Assembly: GCA_947494535.1 (NCBI GenBank)
Contig: CANLVU010000001.1
Location: 2,012 to 66,011 of the forward strand
Direction: 5' to 3'
DNA length: 64,000 nucleotides
From: Cytophagaceae bacterium
GTDB taxonomy: Bacteria > Bacteroidota > Bacteroidia > Cytophagales > Spirosomataceae
Every line of letters begins with the position of its first letter. Positions within the stretch are counted from its first letter, which is position 1. This document shows positions 11,546-22,590 of the stretch, in pieces. The translations under genes were made by a program, and so were the position numbers. The notes beneath the pieces were generated by a model. That model did no database searches, was not told where the DNA came from, and worked only from the letters and a program-made list of their open reading frames with translations.

Positions 11546-12499
11546 TTATTTACGTGCCATTACTTTAATAGCTTTCGCTACGATCGCTTCTGCGTTTAAT
11601 CCATATTTTTCCATCAGTTCAGCTGGTTTTCCAGATTCACCAAAAGAATCATTCACTCCTACAAACTCCATAGGTGTCGGATGATTCATCGCTAAATACT
11701 GGGCTACTGAATCGCCTAAACCACCATTATACTGATGTTCTTCAGCTGTAACCACACAGCCTGTCTTCTTAACAGACGCCAGGATAGCTTGAACATCTAA
11801 TGGTTTAATCGTATGAATATTGATTACTTCTGCTTTAATTCCTTTTTCTAATAAAGCTTCAGCGGCTTGAATGGCTTCCCAAACTAGATGCCCTGTCGCT
11901 AAAATCGTAACATCTGTTCCGTCTACAAGGTGAACTGCTTTACCTATTTCAAACTTCTGGTCCTCCGGAGTAAACACAGGAACCACAGGACGACCAAAAC
12001 GAAGATAAACAGGACCTTCATATTCAGCTATAGCAATTGTAGCTGCCTTTGTTTGGTTATAATCACATGGATTAATCACTACCATTCCAGGAAGCATCTT
12101 CATCAATCCAATATCTTCTAAAATTTGGTGTGTAGCCCCATCCTCTCCAAGTGTTAAACCTGCATGTGAACAACAAATCTTAACGTTCTTTCCCGAATAA
12201 GCTACTGACTGACGGATTTGGTCATAGACACGACCAGTTCCAAAGTTAGCAAATGTAGTAGCATAAGGAATAAAACCACCTAACGTTAAACCAGCTGAAA
12301 TACCAATCATGTTTGCTTCTGCAATACCTGTTTGGAAAAAACGCTCTGGACTATTTTTAATAAAACCTTCTAATTTCAGTGAACCAATCAAATCAGCGCA
12401 TAATGCTACCACTTTAGGGTTATGCTGACTTAAATACTCCATACCAGCTCCAAAACCCGAGCGTGTATCCTTTTTTGTTTCGTAGGTAAATAATGCCAT
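11546..12499 (-). CDS. Transketolase, C-terminal subunit
   Basis: GIAEANM, GEDGATHQ, GPVYLRFGR and HTIKPLD motifs. Confidence 0.95.
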   Translation of the reverse strand: MALFTYETKKDTRSGFGAGMEYLSQHNPKVVALCADLIGSLKLEGFIKNSPERFFQTGIAEANMIGISAGLTLGGFIPYATTFANFGTGRVYDQIRQSVAYSGKNVKICCSHAGLTLGEDGATHQILEDIGLMKMLPGMVVINPCDYNQTKAATIAIAEYEGPVYLRFGRPVVPVFTPEDQKFEIGKAVHLVDGTDVTILATGHLVWEAIQAAEALLEKGIKAEVINIHTIKPLDVQAILASVKKTGCVVTAEEHQYNGGLGDSVAQYLAMNHPTPMEFVGVNDSFGESGKPAELMEKYGLNAEAIVAKAIKVMARK

Positions 12500-12509
12500 T
12501 TCTATCTGA

Positions 12510-13367
12510 TTAATAATCGCCTAAAGTTTCTTCTAATTGCGCTAGTGCGTCTTGTAATTGCTGATCGTTAGGTGCTACACCATGCCATTTATGCGAATAC
12601 ATCATAAAATCGACACCTGCTCCCATCTCTGTTTTCATGATGATCATAATCGGTGAACCTTGACCTAGAGCAGCTTTTGCCTTGATCAACGTATTTTGAA
12701 TATCTGTTGCATCATTACCGTCCATACGCATCACATTCCAGCCAAAAGCTTCATATTTTGCTTGTAAATCACGATTGCTCATTACCTTTTCTGTTGGACC
12801 ATCAATTTGTTGACCATTTTCATCAATAAAAGCAATTAAATTATCTACCTTATGGTGAGGCGCATACATAGCTGCTTCCCAAACTTGACCTTCATTTTGC
12901 TCCCCATCACCCATTAGGCAAAAGACAGTAGACGAATCGCCATTTAACTTTTTGGCCTGGGCCGATCCAATCGAAACACTAAGTCCTTGGCCTAAAGATC
13001 CTGACGCAATACGAATACCTTCTAAATGCTCGTGTGGCGTAGGGTGACCTTGAAGGCGAGTATCAATTTTTCTAAACGTGGCTAATTCAGCCGTGGGAAA
13101 ATAACCACGACGAGCTAATACACTGTATATTAAAGGAGAAATGTGACCATTAGACAAGAAAAATAAGTCCTCATTCTTCCCATCCATATCAAACACAACC
13201 TTTCCAGCTGCATCTGTTTTCAAATTCATCGTATTAAAGTATAGATCTACTAAAAGATCTGTACATCCTAATGATCCACCTGGGTGACCAGATTGGCAAC
13301 CGTGAACCATTCTTAAAATATCTCTACGAACCTGAGAGCTGATTTTTTGTATTTCTTGTGTTTGCAT
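12510..13367 (-). CDS. Transketolase, N-terminal (TPP-binding) subunit
   Basis: SGHPGGSLG, LSNGH, GSLGQGLS and GDGEQNEGQVWEA motifs. Confidence 0.95.
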   Translation of the reverse strand: MQTQEIQKISSQVRRDILRMVHGCQSGHPGGSLGCTDLLVDLYFNTMNLKTDAAGKVVFDMDGKNEDLFFLSNGHISPLIYSVLARRGYFPTAELATFRKIDTRLQGHPTPHEHLEGIRIASGSLGQGLSVSIGSAQAKKLNGDSSTVFCLMGDGEQNEGQVWEAAMYAPHHKVDNLIAFIDENGQQIDGPTEKVMSNRDLQAKYEAFGWNVMRMDGNDATDIQNTLIKAKAALGQGSPIMIIMKTEMGAGVDFMMYSHKWHGVAPNDQQLQDALAQLEETLGDY

Positions 13368-13376
13368 GGTAGGTGA

Positions 13377-13817
13377 TTAGTGAATTTGAGAACTGTGGTT
13401 CTTTGTGTCCACTTTTTCGATAATGTCAATAATAATTCCTGTTGAGTCGATAACAAAAGTAGTTCTAGCTACACCCATGTATTGTTTTCCATACATAGAC
13501 TTCTCAACCCATACCCCAAAAGCTTCAGCCATTTGATGTTCTGGGTCAGATAATAGAGGAAAACCGAGATTGAACTTTGCTTTGAACTTCGTGTGAGAAG
13601 AATTAGAGTCAATGCTTACTCCCACGACCTGAAAACCCTTAGCCTGAAGAGCTGAAAGATTTTCATTCAGATTACACGCTTGAGCTGTGCAACCGGGTGT
13701 ATTGTCTTTGGGATAAAAATACAATACTAATTTTTTACCACTAGGAATAGAAAAACTATTTCCATCTGAATCTACCATAGAAATAGTAGGAGCGGCTTGA
13801 CCAATTTGTAATTTCAT
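13377..13817 (-). CDS. bcp: Thioredoxin-dependent peroxiredoxin BCP
   Basis: YFYPKDNTPGCTAQAC active site. Confidence 0.93.
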   Translation of the reverse strand: MKLQIGQAAPTISMVDSDGNSFSIPSGKKLVLYFYPKDNTPGCTAQACNLNENLSALQAKGFQVVGVSIDSNSSHTKFKAKFNLGFPLLSDPEHQMAEAFGVWVEKSMYGKQYMGVARTTFVIDSTGIIIDIIEKVDTKNHSSQIH

Positions 13818-13818
13818 A

Positions 13819-14430
13819 TTATGAGATAGCTAATTCAAATAAAGGAGAACTTTCAAGCGAACCGGAAAGTAAATCGCCAATAGCTACTGGACCTACACCC
13901 GCCGGGGTACCTGTAAAAATAAAATCTCCTGTTTTTAACGTAAAGTATTTAGAAACTTCCTCTATTAATTCTGCCACATTCCAAATCATCAATTCAGAAT
14001 TACCATCCTGAACTAAAGTCCCATTTTTGTGCAAAGTAAAATGAATAGGTTTATCTAAAACTGAAGGATCAAAAGCATGCATGTCACTCACAAAAGCTGA
14101 GCCATTAAATGCTTTCGCCTTTTCCCAAGGAAGTCCTTTTTCTTTTAATTTATTCTGTACATCTCTAGCTGTAAAGTCAATACCTAAGCCGTAAGAATCG
14201 ATGTACTTGTGCGCAAATTTTGCTTCAATATTTTTGCCCACTTTGCCTATCCTAAAAACTAACTCGAGTTCGTAATGAACATCAGAGGAGAATTTAGGAT
14301 AGTAAAAGTGACTATTTGAATCTATTAAAGCCGTATCAGGCTTTAAGAAGACCACCGGTTCAGTGGGCCTTTCATTCGATAATTCAGTAATATGATCTAC
14401 GTAATTTCGACCGATGCAAATTATTTTCAT
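13819..14430 (-). CDS. Fumarylacetoacetate hydrolase family protein
   Basis: CIGRNY, HYELEL, DFTARD, WEKAK and FTGTPAGVG motifs. Confidence 0.93.
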   Translation of the reverse strand: MKIICIGRNYVDHITELSNERPTEPVVFLKPDTALIDSNSHFYYPKFSSDVHYELELVFRIGKVGKNIEAKFAHKYIDSYGLGIDFTARDVQNKLKEKGLPWEKAKAFNGSAFVSDMHAFDPSVLDKPIHFTLHKNGTLVQDGNSELMIWNVAELIEEVSKYFTLKTGDFIFTGTPAGVGPVAIGDLLSGSLESSPLFELAIS

Positions 14431-14433
14431 GGC

Positions 14434-15624
14434 TTATTTCAATACTTCTGATACTAAACGAGCGGCATCCTTTAATAAAACAGCTGAGAAAACCTTCAAA
14501 CCAGAATTATTAATGATTGCAGCACCTTCTTCTGCATTAGTTCCCTGAAGACGAACAATGATTGGGATATTAATCTCTCCAATATTTTTGTACGCTTCTA
14601 CCACTCCATTTGCTACGCGATCACAACGAACGATACCACCAAAGATATTGATCAAGATTGCTTTCACATTAGGGTCTTGAAGGATAATGCGGAATCCAGC
14701 CTCAACAGTCTTCGCGTTAGCTCCACCCCCTACATCAAGGAAGTTAGCGGGATCTCCACCAGAAAGCTTAATGATATCCATGGTAGCCATCGCTAATCCA
14801 GCCCCGTTAACCATGCAACCAACATTACCATCTAATTTAACGTAATTAAGATCATTTTCAGATGCTTCCACCTCTAATGGATCTTCTTCTTCGATGTCAC
14901 GTAAAACCGCTAAGTCTTTGTGACGGAATAAAGCGTTATCATCTAAATTTACTTTAGCATCAACTGCTAAGATTTTATCATCAGACGTCTTCAACACCGG
15001 ATTGATTTCAAACATCGATGAATCAGTTTCTACGTAGGCACGGTACAAGGATTGAATGAATTTAACCATCTCTTTTAAAGCAGCACCGCTTAAACCTAGA
15101 GCAAAAGCTACCTTACGAGCTTGAAAGTCTTGAAGACCCACACGTGGATCTATCCACTCTTTAATAATTTTTTCAGGGCTGTGTTCCGCCACTTCTTCGA
15201 TATCCATCCCACCTTCTGTACTTGCCATGATCACATTGCAAGCCTTAGCGCGATCTAATAAAATCGATAAATAGTATTCTTTCGGTTCTGAATCACCTGG
15301 ATAGTAAACATCCTCAGAGATCAAAACCTTATTAACTTTCTTTCCTTCAGGACCAGTTTGGTGCGTAATTAATTGCATTCCCAAAATTTGAGAAACGCGA
15401 TCTTTTACTTCATCTAAGTTTTTAGCTAGTTTAACACCGCCCCCTTTTCCACGGCCACCCGCATGAATTTGAGCTTTAACAACAAACCATCCTGTACCAG
15501 TTTGAGCTTTTAATTGCTCAGCGGCAGAAATAGCGTGGTCCACTGAGTCAACGACAATTCCTTCTTGAATGCGCACTCCGTAACCTTTTAAGATTTCTTT
15601 CGCTTGATATTCGTGAATATTCAT
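14434..15624 (-). CDS. sucC: Succinyl-CoA ligase (ADP-forming) beta subunit
   Basis: MNIHEYQAK, KAQIHAGGRGKGGG, NGAGLAMATMD and NIFGGIVRCD motifs. Confidence 0.98.
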   Translation of the reverse strand: MNIHEYQAKEILKGYGVRIQEGIVVDSVDHAISAAEQLKAQTGTGWFVVKAQIHAGGRGKGGGVKLAKNLDEVKDRVSQILGMQLITHQTGPEGKKVNKVLISEDVYYPGDSEPKEYYLSILLDRAKACNVIMASTEGGMDIEEVAEHSPEKIIKEWIDPRVGLQDFQARKVAFALGLSGAALKEMVKFIQSLYRAYVETDSSMFEINPVLKTSDDKILAVDAKVNLDDNALFRHKDLAVLRDIEEEDPLEVEASENDLNYVKLDGNVGCMVNGAGLAMATMDIIKLSGGDPANFLDVGGGANAKTVEAGFRIILQDPNVKAILINIFGGIVRCDRVANGVVEAYKNIGEINIPIIVRLQGTNAEEGAAIINNSGLKVFSAVLLKDAARLVSEVLK

Positions 15625-15719
15625 TTAGTAAAATTTTAATTTCGTGAAATTACTATTTATTTGCGTAAATATTAAATAACAAGTCATTCATTCAAACATT
15701 CTAAAAAAAAGACAAAAAA

Positions 15720-16373
15720 ATGTTAGAATTAAAAAATATTTCCAAAAGTTACGGAACTCAATTAATTCTAGACAATATCTCTTTACAAGTAAAGGAGTCT
15801 GAAATGGTGAGTATTTTAGGACCATCAGGATCTGGTAAGAGTACATTACTACAGATCATGGGATTATTGATGAGAGCAGATTCTGGCCAAATTTATTTGG
15901 ACGGTATTGACTATGCGTCTCTCTCTGAAAAAGATCAAGCTATATTTCGAAATCAAAAACTAGGTTTTGTTTTTCAATTTCATAACTTATTGGGTGAATT
16001 TAGCTGCGAAGAAAATATCAAATTCCCTCTATTTATAAAAGGTGAAAATTTAAATGAAGCAGACCTTGAATTGTTTGATAAGATAGTCCAAACCTTAGGT
16101 ATTCAGCCTATTTTGAAAAAATTACCTTCTCAAATATCAGGTGGAGAGCAACAACGCGTTGCAGTCGCAAGAGCATTAATTAATCGCCCCACCCTCTTAT
16201 TAGCAGACGAACCAACAGGTAATTTAGATAATAAGAATGCAGAAACTTTGTATGATTTATTTGTCGAGTTAAAAGCCGTTTGGCAGCAACGTATTATTAT
16301 GGTAACGCATAATGAAAAACTAACCACGCATTCAGATCAGGTTATTTATCTAAATTCCGGTAGAATCGAATAG
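15720..16373 (+). CDS. ABC transporter ATP-binding protein (LolD-like)
   Basis: [28 protein letters not shown] and ADEPTGNLD motifs. Confidence 0.9.
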   Translation: MLELKNISKSYGTQLILDNISLQVKESEMVSILGPSGSGKSTLLQIMGLLMRADSGQIYLDGIDYASLSEKDQAIFRNQKLGFVFQFHNLLGEFSCEENIKFPLFIKGENLNEADLELFDKIVQTLGIQPILKKLPSQISGGEQQRVAVARALINRPTLLLADEPTGNLDNKNAETLYDLFVELKAVWQQRIIMVTHNEKLTTHSDQVIYLNSGRIE

Positions 16374-16376
16374 AAT

Positions 16377-16400
16377 TACTGCCAAAATGTCATAAATTTG
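16377..16400 (+). promoter_or_regulatory. Operator TACTGCCAAAATGTCA abutting a -7 element TAAATTTG upstream of miaB
   Basis: TAnnTTTG at 16393-16400; 16377-16392 matches 20480-20495 at 15 of 16 positions. Confidence 0.65.
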
Positions 16401-16425
16401 CAATCTAAATTTCATTGATTGTAAA

Positions 16426-17841
16426 ATGCAAGATTTAAAAGTACTGACAAAGGAAGAGAAAGACGGTTTAGATGTTCCGAGAATTTCGGAGGATCAAATG
16501 GCAGAAAACTCTTTTGGAAAAAAGGTCTATATCGAAAGTTATGGCTGTCAAATGAATTTTGCAGACTCTGAAGTCGTAACTTCCATCCTTCAAGAAAACG
16601 GATACGTTACTACATCCAATGTAAAAGAAGCTCATACTATTCTATTAAATACTTGTGCCATTCGAGAGAATGCAGAACACAAAATACGTCATCGCTTACA
16701 AGTCTTCACTCATTTGAAAGCTAAGAATCCAGCTTTAACTATAGGAATTTTAGGTTGTATGGCTGAACGCCTGAAGACAAAGCTGATAGATGAGGAAAAG
16801 ATTATTGATTTAGTAGCGGGTCCTGATGCTTACCGAGATTTACCTGCCTTATTAGAGGAGGTTTCAGATGGTCAAAAAGCCATTAATGTTTTCCTATCCC
16901 GTGAAGAAACCTACGGAAACATCGAACCAGTTCGTCTGAATTCAAATGGAGTAACTGCCATGGTTAGTATTATGCGTGGTTGTGATAATATGTGCACTTT
17001 CTGCGTTGTTCCCTACACCAGAGGCCGTGAAAGGTCTCGTGATTTACCCTCTATCATCGCAGAATGCGAAAAATTAGTCGCTCAGGGCTACCGAGAGGTC
17101 ACCCTTTTGGGCCAAAACGTGGATTCATATAAATGGTCTTCAGAAAATGGACAACTAGTCAATTTTGCACAATTATTAGAAGCAGTGGCTTTGGTAAGTT
17201 CATTATTACGCGTTCGTTTCTCCACTTCACATCCAAAAGATATCACCGATGAGGTGTTATACACGATGAAGAAGTATGACAATATCTGCAAAAACATTCA
17301 CCTTCCAGCGCAAAGCGGAAGCAACAGGATATTAGAACTAATGAATCGTTCGTATACTCGTGAATGGTATTTAGATAGAATAAAGTCAATTCGTGACATT
17401 CTAGGTGAAGAATGTGGAATTTCACAAGATATGATTGCAGGATTTTGTACTGAAACAGAAGAAGATCATCAAGATACTTTATCCCTATTAGCGGAAGTGC
17501 AATATGACTTTGGCTATATGTTCGCCTATTCTGAACGTCCAGGAACACCAGCAGAGAAGAAATTAACAGACGACATTCCAGAAGAAGTGAAGATGCGTCG
17601 ACTTCAAGAAATTATAGATTTGCAACGTATTCATTCTGCCAAACGCAATGAAATGTGGGTGGGTAGAAAAGTCCAAGTATTGGTAGAAGGGGATTCGAAA
17701 AAATCAAAAATGCATCATTTTGGCAAAATTGATTCGAATAAAGTAGTCGTATTTCCTAAAGGAAGCGAAGTTAAAGGGGATTATGTTTACGTTAATGTAA
17801 CTCATTGTACATCAGGAACTTTATTAGGTGAATTATGTTAG
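16426..17841 (+). CDS. miaB: tRNA-i6A37 methylthiotransferase
   Basis: SYGCQMN, radical [20 protein letters not shown] and a TRAM domain. Confidence 0.97.
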   Translation: MQDLKVLTKEEKDGLDVPRISEDQMAENSFGKKVYIESYGCQMNFADSEVVTSILQENGYVTTSNVKEAHTILLNTCAIRENAEHKIRHRLQVFTHLKAKNPALTIGILGCMAERLKTKLIDEEKIIDLVAGPDAYRDLPALLEEVSDGQKAINVFLSREETYGNIEPVRLNSNGVTAMVSIMRGCDNMCTFCVVPYTRGRERSRDLPSIIAECEKLVAQGYREVTLLGQNVDSYKWSSENGQLVNFAQLLEAVALVSSLLRVRFSTSHPKDITDEVLYTMKKYDNICKNIHLPAQSGSNRILELMNRSYTREWYLDRIKSIRDILGEECGISQDMIAGFCTETEEDHQDTLSLLAEVQYDFGYMFAYSERPGTPAEKKLTDDIPEEVKMRRLQEIIDLQRIHSAKRNEMWVGRKVQVLVEGDSKKSKMHHFGKIDSNKVVVFPKGSEVKGDYVYVNVTHCTSGTLLGELC

Positions 17842-19121
17842 ATAACAGTCATCTTGCTAGTATTAAAGCACGTTTTGGGATCATTGGTAACGCTCCTGCC
17901 CTTTTGCGTGCTATATCTGTAGCAGAACAAGTTGCCGCTACAGATATGACCGTATTAATTACCGGTGAAAGTGGTTCAGGTAAGGAATCATTTTCCAAAA
18001 TCATTCATTCTCTTTCTAAGCGCAAACACGGTGCCTTTATCGCAGTGAACTGCGGAGCTATTCCCGAAGGAACTATTGATTCAGAGTTATTTGGACATGA
18101 AAAAGGTTCATTTACCGGTGCCATTGAAGCTCGCAAAGGGTATTTCGAGGTAACTGATGGCGGTACCATCTTTCTAGATGAGATTGCTGAAATGCCATTA
18201 GGAACACAGGCGCGCTTATTGCGTGTATTAGAAAATGGTGAATTTTACCGTGTTGGTTCTTCAAAAGTACAAAAAACCAATGCGCGCGTTGTAGCAGCTA
18301 CGAATTTAAACTTACAACAAGCGATTGAAAAGGGGAAATTCAGAGAAGATTTATACTATCGCTTAAGTACGGTTCCTATTTATGTCCCCCCTTTGCGTGA
18401 GCGTGGTGATGATATTGAATTGTTGTTTAGAAAATTTACGACTGATTTCTCAGAGTCACATCGTGTGAAGCCGATTATGCTAACAAAAGAGGCTAAAGAG
18501 CTGTTACAAAAACAACGCTTTCCAGGTAATATTCGTCAATTAAAGAATCTTGCTGAACAAATATCTGTACTTGAGTTAGGGGATAGAATCATTGATGAAT
18601 TACAGTTGCAGTACTATTTGGAATTCAATGAACCTAAATTAGGTAATTCAGTCGTCAAATCGGATGCATTCTCAGGTCCAGAGGGAATGAATGAGCGAGA
18701 GATTTTATACAAGATTCTATTTGATCTAAAGAGAGATGTAACCGAATTGAAAAAAATATTATTAAAGGTCGTAGAATCAGATCAATCTAAGGCCTACGAA
18801 ATATTACATGATAACATGGCTGTATTTGAGGATGTAAGGAATCATTCAGAGGTAAGTAACCAAAGCCCTGGATTATCTTTACCTATTCATGAGCAGGAGG
18901 AAACTAAATTTACAGAAGAACCAATTGATTCAAGCTATGAAGAGATTATCTTGCCTGCTAATGATGTGACCTTATCTTTAGAGAAACAGGAAAAAGAGAT
19001 TATCATTCGCGCTTTAAAGAAAAACAAAAATAAACGAAAATACGCAGCAAAGGACCTGGGGATTTCAGAACGCACATTATACCGTAAAATAAAGCAATAT
19101 GATTTGGAAGAATTGGATTAA
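17835..19121 (+). CDS. Sigma-54-interacting AAA+ transcriptional activator lacking an N-terminal sensory domain, with Fis-type HTH
   Basis: GESGSGKE Walker A near the N-terminus, [34 protein letters not shown] and [11 protein letters not shown]. Confidence 0.93.
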   Translation: MLDNSHLASIKARFGIIGNAPALLRAISVAEQVAATDMTVLITGESGSGKESFSKIIHSLSKRKHGAFIAVNCGAIPEGTIDSELFGHEKGSFTGAIEARKGYFEVTDGGTIFLDEIAEMPLGTQARLLRVLENGEFYRVGSSKVQKTNARVVAATNLNLQQAIEKGKFREDLYYRLSTVPIYVPPLRERGDDIELLFRKFTTDFSESHRVKPIMLTKEAKELLQKQRFPGNIRQLKNLAEQISVLELGDRIIDELQLQYYLEFNEPKLGNSVVKSDAFSGPEGMNEREILYKILFDLKRDVTELKKILLKVVESDQSKAYEILHDNMAVFEDVRNHSEVSNQSPGLSLPIHEQEETKFTEEPIDSSYEEIILPANDVTLSLEKQEKEIIIRALKKNKNKRKYAAKDLGISERTLYRKIKQYDLEELD

Positions 19122-19605
19122 TCTTTGCCTTTTTTCAGGAATACTATTCACGCTATCTTCTTGTTATAGTTTTAAAGGGGCTAGTTTGGATCCTAATTTA
19201 AAAACGATCCAAATAAGTAACATCCGTATGGAGACAGCAGGTGGCCCTGCTAATTTAAGTTTGGAGATTAATGAAAAATTAAAAGAATATTTTCAACGAA
19301 ACACCTCTTTGAAAATAAACAATAAGAATCCTGATTTACAAATTGAAGGTTCTATAATAGGCTATGAATTAACACCTCAAGCTCCTACTGGCGATGATAA
19401 AGCGGGATTGAATCGATTAACTTTAACTATTCAATTTCGGTTAATCAATCGCCTAGATGAAGATAAAAACTTCGAACAAGAATTTTCTTTTTATCAAGAT
19501 TTCCCTCAAAATCAAACCTTACCACAAGTAGAAAAAGAAATAATTCCAAAGTTAGTTGATCAAATTATTTTAGATTTGTTTAATAAAATTGCCGGGGATT
19601 GGTAA
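19099..19605 (+). CDS. lptE: LPS assembly lipoprotein LptE family
   Basis: Lipobox LSSC-YSFKGAS and C-terminal IFNK..GDW-type end; usual Bacteroidota position after the sigma54 activator. Confidence 0.8.
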   Translation: MIWKNWINLCLFSGILFTLSSCYSFKGASLDPNLKTIQISNIRMETAGGPANLSLEINEKLKEYFQRNTSLKINNKNPDLQIEGSIIGYELTPQAPTGDDKAGLNRLTLTIQFRLINRLDEDKNFEQEFSFYQDFPQNQTLPQVEKEIIPKLVDQIILDLFNKIAGDW

Positions 19606-19612
19606 TAAATAT

Positions 19613-20134
19613 ATGTCTAACGCACAAAAGCTTTGGTTTTTATTAAATAAAATTGATCGATCAGATCAAAGTGAACTGAGTCAGGATAAATTGCTATACC
19701 CTTATTTCTCTTTATTGAATTGGAATGAGCGTTATTCTATACTGAAGCAACAAAAAATAGCCTTGCAATCATCACAACGAAAACAGTATTTTCAATCGAT
19801 CTATGATATCCAAGGTGAACTAGTTGAGATAACCGAACCCGTTCCGGCAGAAGAGATAAAAGCATTGCAGGTTACTTTAATTGATCAATTTATTTTAAAT
19901 CAGCCCACTTTAGCTAAGCCTAAGAGATCAGAACTAGAAGATTACCCTCAAGAAGATTTGGCATCCGTAGAATTTAGTCTGCCAGTCTCTGAGACGGTAG
20001 CTATTCTTCTCTCTAAGCAAGGCAAATATTTGCAAGCGATTGAATTATATGAGAAGTTAAGTTTGATTAAACCTGAAAAAAGACTTTACTTTGCATCTCG
20101 AATTTCAGAATTACAAAATTTACTAACAGAATAA
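19613..20134 (+). CDS. Conserved hypothetical protein with C-terminal TPR-like helix pair
   Basis: SETVAILLSKQGKY..AIELYEKLSLIKPEKRLYFA; start taken at ATG 19613. Confidence 0.7.
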   Translation: MSNAQKLWFLLNKIDRSDQSELSQDKLLYPYFSLLNWNERYSILKQQKIALQSSQRKQYFQSIYDIQGELVEITEPVPAEEIKALQVTLIDQFILNQPTLAKPKRSELEDYPQEDLASVEFSLPVSETVAILLSKQGKYLQAIELYEKLSLIKPEKRLYFASRISELQNLLTE

Positions 20135-20136
20135 AT

Positions 20137-20454
20137 ATGTTTACTTTATTGATTTCATTGATTATTATCTTTTCCGCTTTACTAGTTGTGCTTATTTTAG
20201 TGCAAAATCCTAAAGGCGGCGGAATTAGCGGAGAGTTTTCATCTTCAGGAGCTACCCAAATGTTTGGTGTTCAAAAGACAGGTGATTTGGTTGAACAATT
20301 AACTTGGGGATTTTCTACAGCTATTTTGGTATTGGTCTTAGCTACTAATTTTAGCTTATCAGATACGAAAGAAACAAGCACCTCAGTAAACGTAGAAAAA
20401 GCAGCTACTAAAACGGTACCTGTTGCTCCTGCTCCAGTAGCACCCAAGCAATAG
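20137..20454 (+). CDS. secG: Preprotein translocase subunit SecG
   Basis: Two TM helices and LVQNPKGGG. Confidence 0.93.
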   Translation: MFTLLISLIIIFSALLVVLILVQNPKGGGISGEFSSSGATQMFGVQKTGDLVEQLTWGFSTAILVLVLATNFSLSDTKETSTSVNVEKAATKTVPVAPAPVAPKQ

Positions 20455-20479
20455 TTAGTACCTACTATATTTTTTCTAA

Positions 20480-20521
20480 TACTGCCAAAATTTCAGCAAT
20501 GAGTTTTGGCATTATTATTGT
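20480..20521 (+). promoter_or_regulatory. Operator plus candidate sigma-54 (-24/-12) promoter upstream of groES
   Basis: TACTGCCAAAATTTCA (20480-20495), then TTGGCA...TTGT with GG(20508-9)-N10-GT(20520-1). Confidence 0.55.
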
Positions 20522-20586
20522 ATGACCAGTTCTGCCATGTTCGCATGGTTGTTTAATCTCTAATTTAAAAATTAAATTAATAACAC

Positions 20587-20865
20587 ATGTCAAATTTAAG
20601 TATTAAGCCCTTAGCGGATCGGGTTGTTGTAGAACCAGCTCAAGCTGAAGAAAAAACAGCATTTGGTATTATTATTCCTGACACAGCGAAAGAGAAACCA
20701 CAAAAAGGAACAATCGTAGCGGTAGGAAATGGAAAGAAAGACGAGCCTATTACTGTTAAAGTAGGTGATTCTGTATTGTATGGTAAATACTCTGGTACAG
20801 AAATTACAATTGACGGTAAAGATTACCTAATCATGCGTGAGTCTGACATTTTTGCAGTTTTATAA
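20587..20865 (+). CDS. groES: Co-chaperonin GroES
   Basis: [22 protein letters not shown] and KYSGTE motifs. Confidence 0.99.
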   Translation: MSNLSIKPLADRVVVEPAQAEEKTAFGIIIPDTAKEKPQKGTIVAVGNGKKDEPITVKVGDSVLYGKYSGTEITIDGKDYLIMRESDIFAVL

Positions 20866-20894
20866 TTTTAACACAACATTAATTACAAAATCAT

Positions 20895-22526
20895 ATGGCA
20901 AAGGAACTATTTTTCGACAGCGAAGCGCGCGAAAAAATGAAGAGAGGGGTTGATACCCTTGCAAATGCAGTTAAAGTAACTTTAGGACCTAAAGGTCGTA
21001 ACGTTATCATTGATAAAAAATTCGGTTCTCCATCAATTACAAAAGATGGTGTTTCTGTAGCGAAAGAAATTGAATTAGAGGATCCAGTTGAAAACATGGG
21101 AGCTCAACTTGTTAAAGAAGTTGCCTCTAAAACAGCTGATCAAGCAGGTGATGGAACAACTACAGCGACTGTTTTGGCACAATCAATCTATACGATTGGT
21201 TCTAAAAACGTGGCTGCCGGTGCTAACCCAATGGATCTTAAAAGAGGAATTGAGAAAGCGGTAGAGGCAATAGTAGGTGATTTGAAGAAACAATCGCGTG
21301 CTATCACCACTTCTAAAGAAATCGCTCAGGTAGCTACTATCTCTGCTAATAATGATTCTGAAATCGGAACTATGATTTCTTCAGCAATGGAGAAAGTTGG
21401 TCGCGAAGGTGTAATCACAGTGGAAGAAGCAAGAGGAACAGAGACTGAAGTGAAAACGGTAGAAGGAATGCAATTCGATCGCGGGTATTTATCTGCCTAT
21501 TTTGTGACAAATACGGACAAAATGGAAGTTGAATTAGAGAAACCATTTATCTTAATTTCAGAGAAGAAGGTTTCCTCTATGAAAGAATTACTACCTGTAT
21601 TAGAGGCAGTAGCTCAAACAGGTCGTCCCCTATTGATTATCTCTGAAGATGTGGATGGAGAAGCTTTAGCTACTTTGGTAGTAAATAAGATGCGTGGTGC
21701 TTTGAAAGTGGCTGCGGTAAAGGCTCCAGGTTTCGGTGATCGTCGTAAAGCTATGTTAGAAGATATCGCCATTTTAACAGGTGGAACTGTTATCGCTGAA
21801 GAAAGAGGTTTCAAATTAGAAAATGCAACCATCGAATATTTAGGTCAAGCAGAGAAAGTTATCATTGACAAAGACAATACAACTATTGTAAATGGTGCAG
21901 GATCGAAAGACAATATCGAAAATCGCGTTAACCAAATCAAAGCTCAAATTGAGAATACTACGTCTGATTACGATCGTGAGAAATTACAAGAGCGTTTAGC
22001 TAAATTATCAGGTGGTGTGGCTATCCTTTACATCGGTGCTGCTACGGAAGTGGAGATGAAAGAGAAGAAAGACCGCGTTGATGATGCTTTACATGCTACT
22101 CGCGCTGCAGTAGAAGAAGGAATCGTAGCTGGTGGTGGTGTAGCACTTATTCGTGCGATCCAGGCTTTAGATAAATTGAAAGGTGAAAATGAAGATCAAT
22201 TAACAGGAATCAACATTATTCGTCAGGCTGTAGAATCTCCATTACGTACAATCGTTGCAAATGCAGGCGGTGAAGGTTCTGTAGTTATTAATGCAGTTAA
22301 AGCAGGAAAAGATGATTTTGGTTACAATGCACGCGAAGATAAATATGAAAATATGATCGCAGCGGGTATTATTGACCCTACTAAAGTAACCCGTTTAGCA
22401 TTGGAAAATGCAGCATCAATCGCAGGCATGTTGTTAACAACAGAATGTGTGATTGCTGACAAGCCAGCAAATGAACCAGCTCATGGACATGGCCAAGGTG
22501 GTGGTGGAATGGGTGGAATGATGTAA
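20895..22526 (+). CDS. groL: Chaperonin GroEL
   Basis: [20 protein letters not shown] and GGM tail. Confidence 0.99.
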   Translation: MAKELFFDSEAREKMKRGVDTLANAVKVTLGPKGRNVIIDKKFGSPSITKDGVSVAKEIELEDPVENMGAQLVKEVASKTADQAGDGTTTATVLAQSIYTIGSKNVAAGANPMDLKRGIEKAVEAIVGDLKKQSRAITTSKEIAQVATISANNDSEIGTMISSAMEKVGREGVITVEEARGTETEVKTVEGMQFDRGYLSAYFVTNTDKMEVELEKPFILISEKKVSSMKELLPVLEAVAQTGRPLLIISEDVDGEALATLVVNKMRGALKVAAVKAPGFGDRRKAMLEDIAILTGGTVIAEERGFKLENATIEYLGQAEKVIIDKDNTTIVNGAGSKDNIENRVNQIKAQIENTTSDYDREKLQERLAKLSGGVAILYIGAATEVEMKEKKDRVDDALHATRAAVEEGIVAGGGVALIRAIQALDKLKGENEDQLTGINIIRQAVESPLRTIVANAGGEGSVVINAVKAGKDDFGYNAREDKYENMIAAGIIDPTKVTRLALENAASIAGMLLTTECVIADKPANEPAHGHGQGGGGMGGMM

Positions 22527-22547
22527 TTTTAATTAGATTAATCCTTG

Positions 22548-22578
22548 AAAACTCCCCATATTTGGGGAGTTTTTTTTT
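22548..22578 (+). terminator. Intrinsic terminator of groESL
   Basis: AAAACTCCCCA-TATT-TGGGGAGTTTT hairpin followed by a T run. Confidence 0.9.
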
Positions 22579-22590
22579 GAACAATAACCT

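Noticed and set aside
20455-20586. CIRCE/HrcA operator before groES
   Set aside because: No TTAGCACTC-N9-GAGTGCTAA match.
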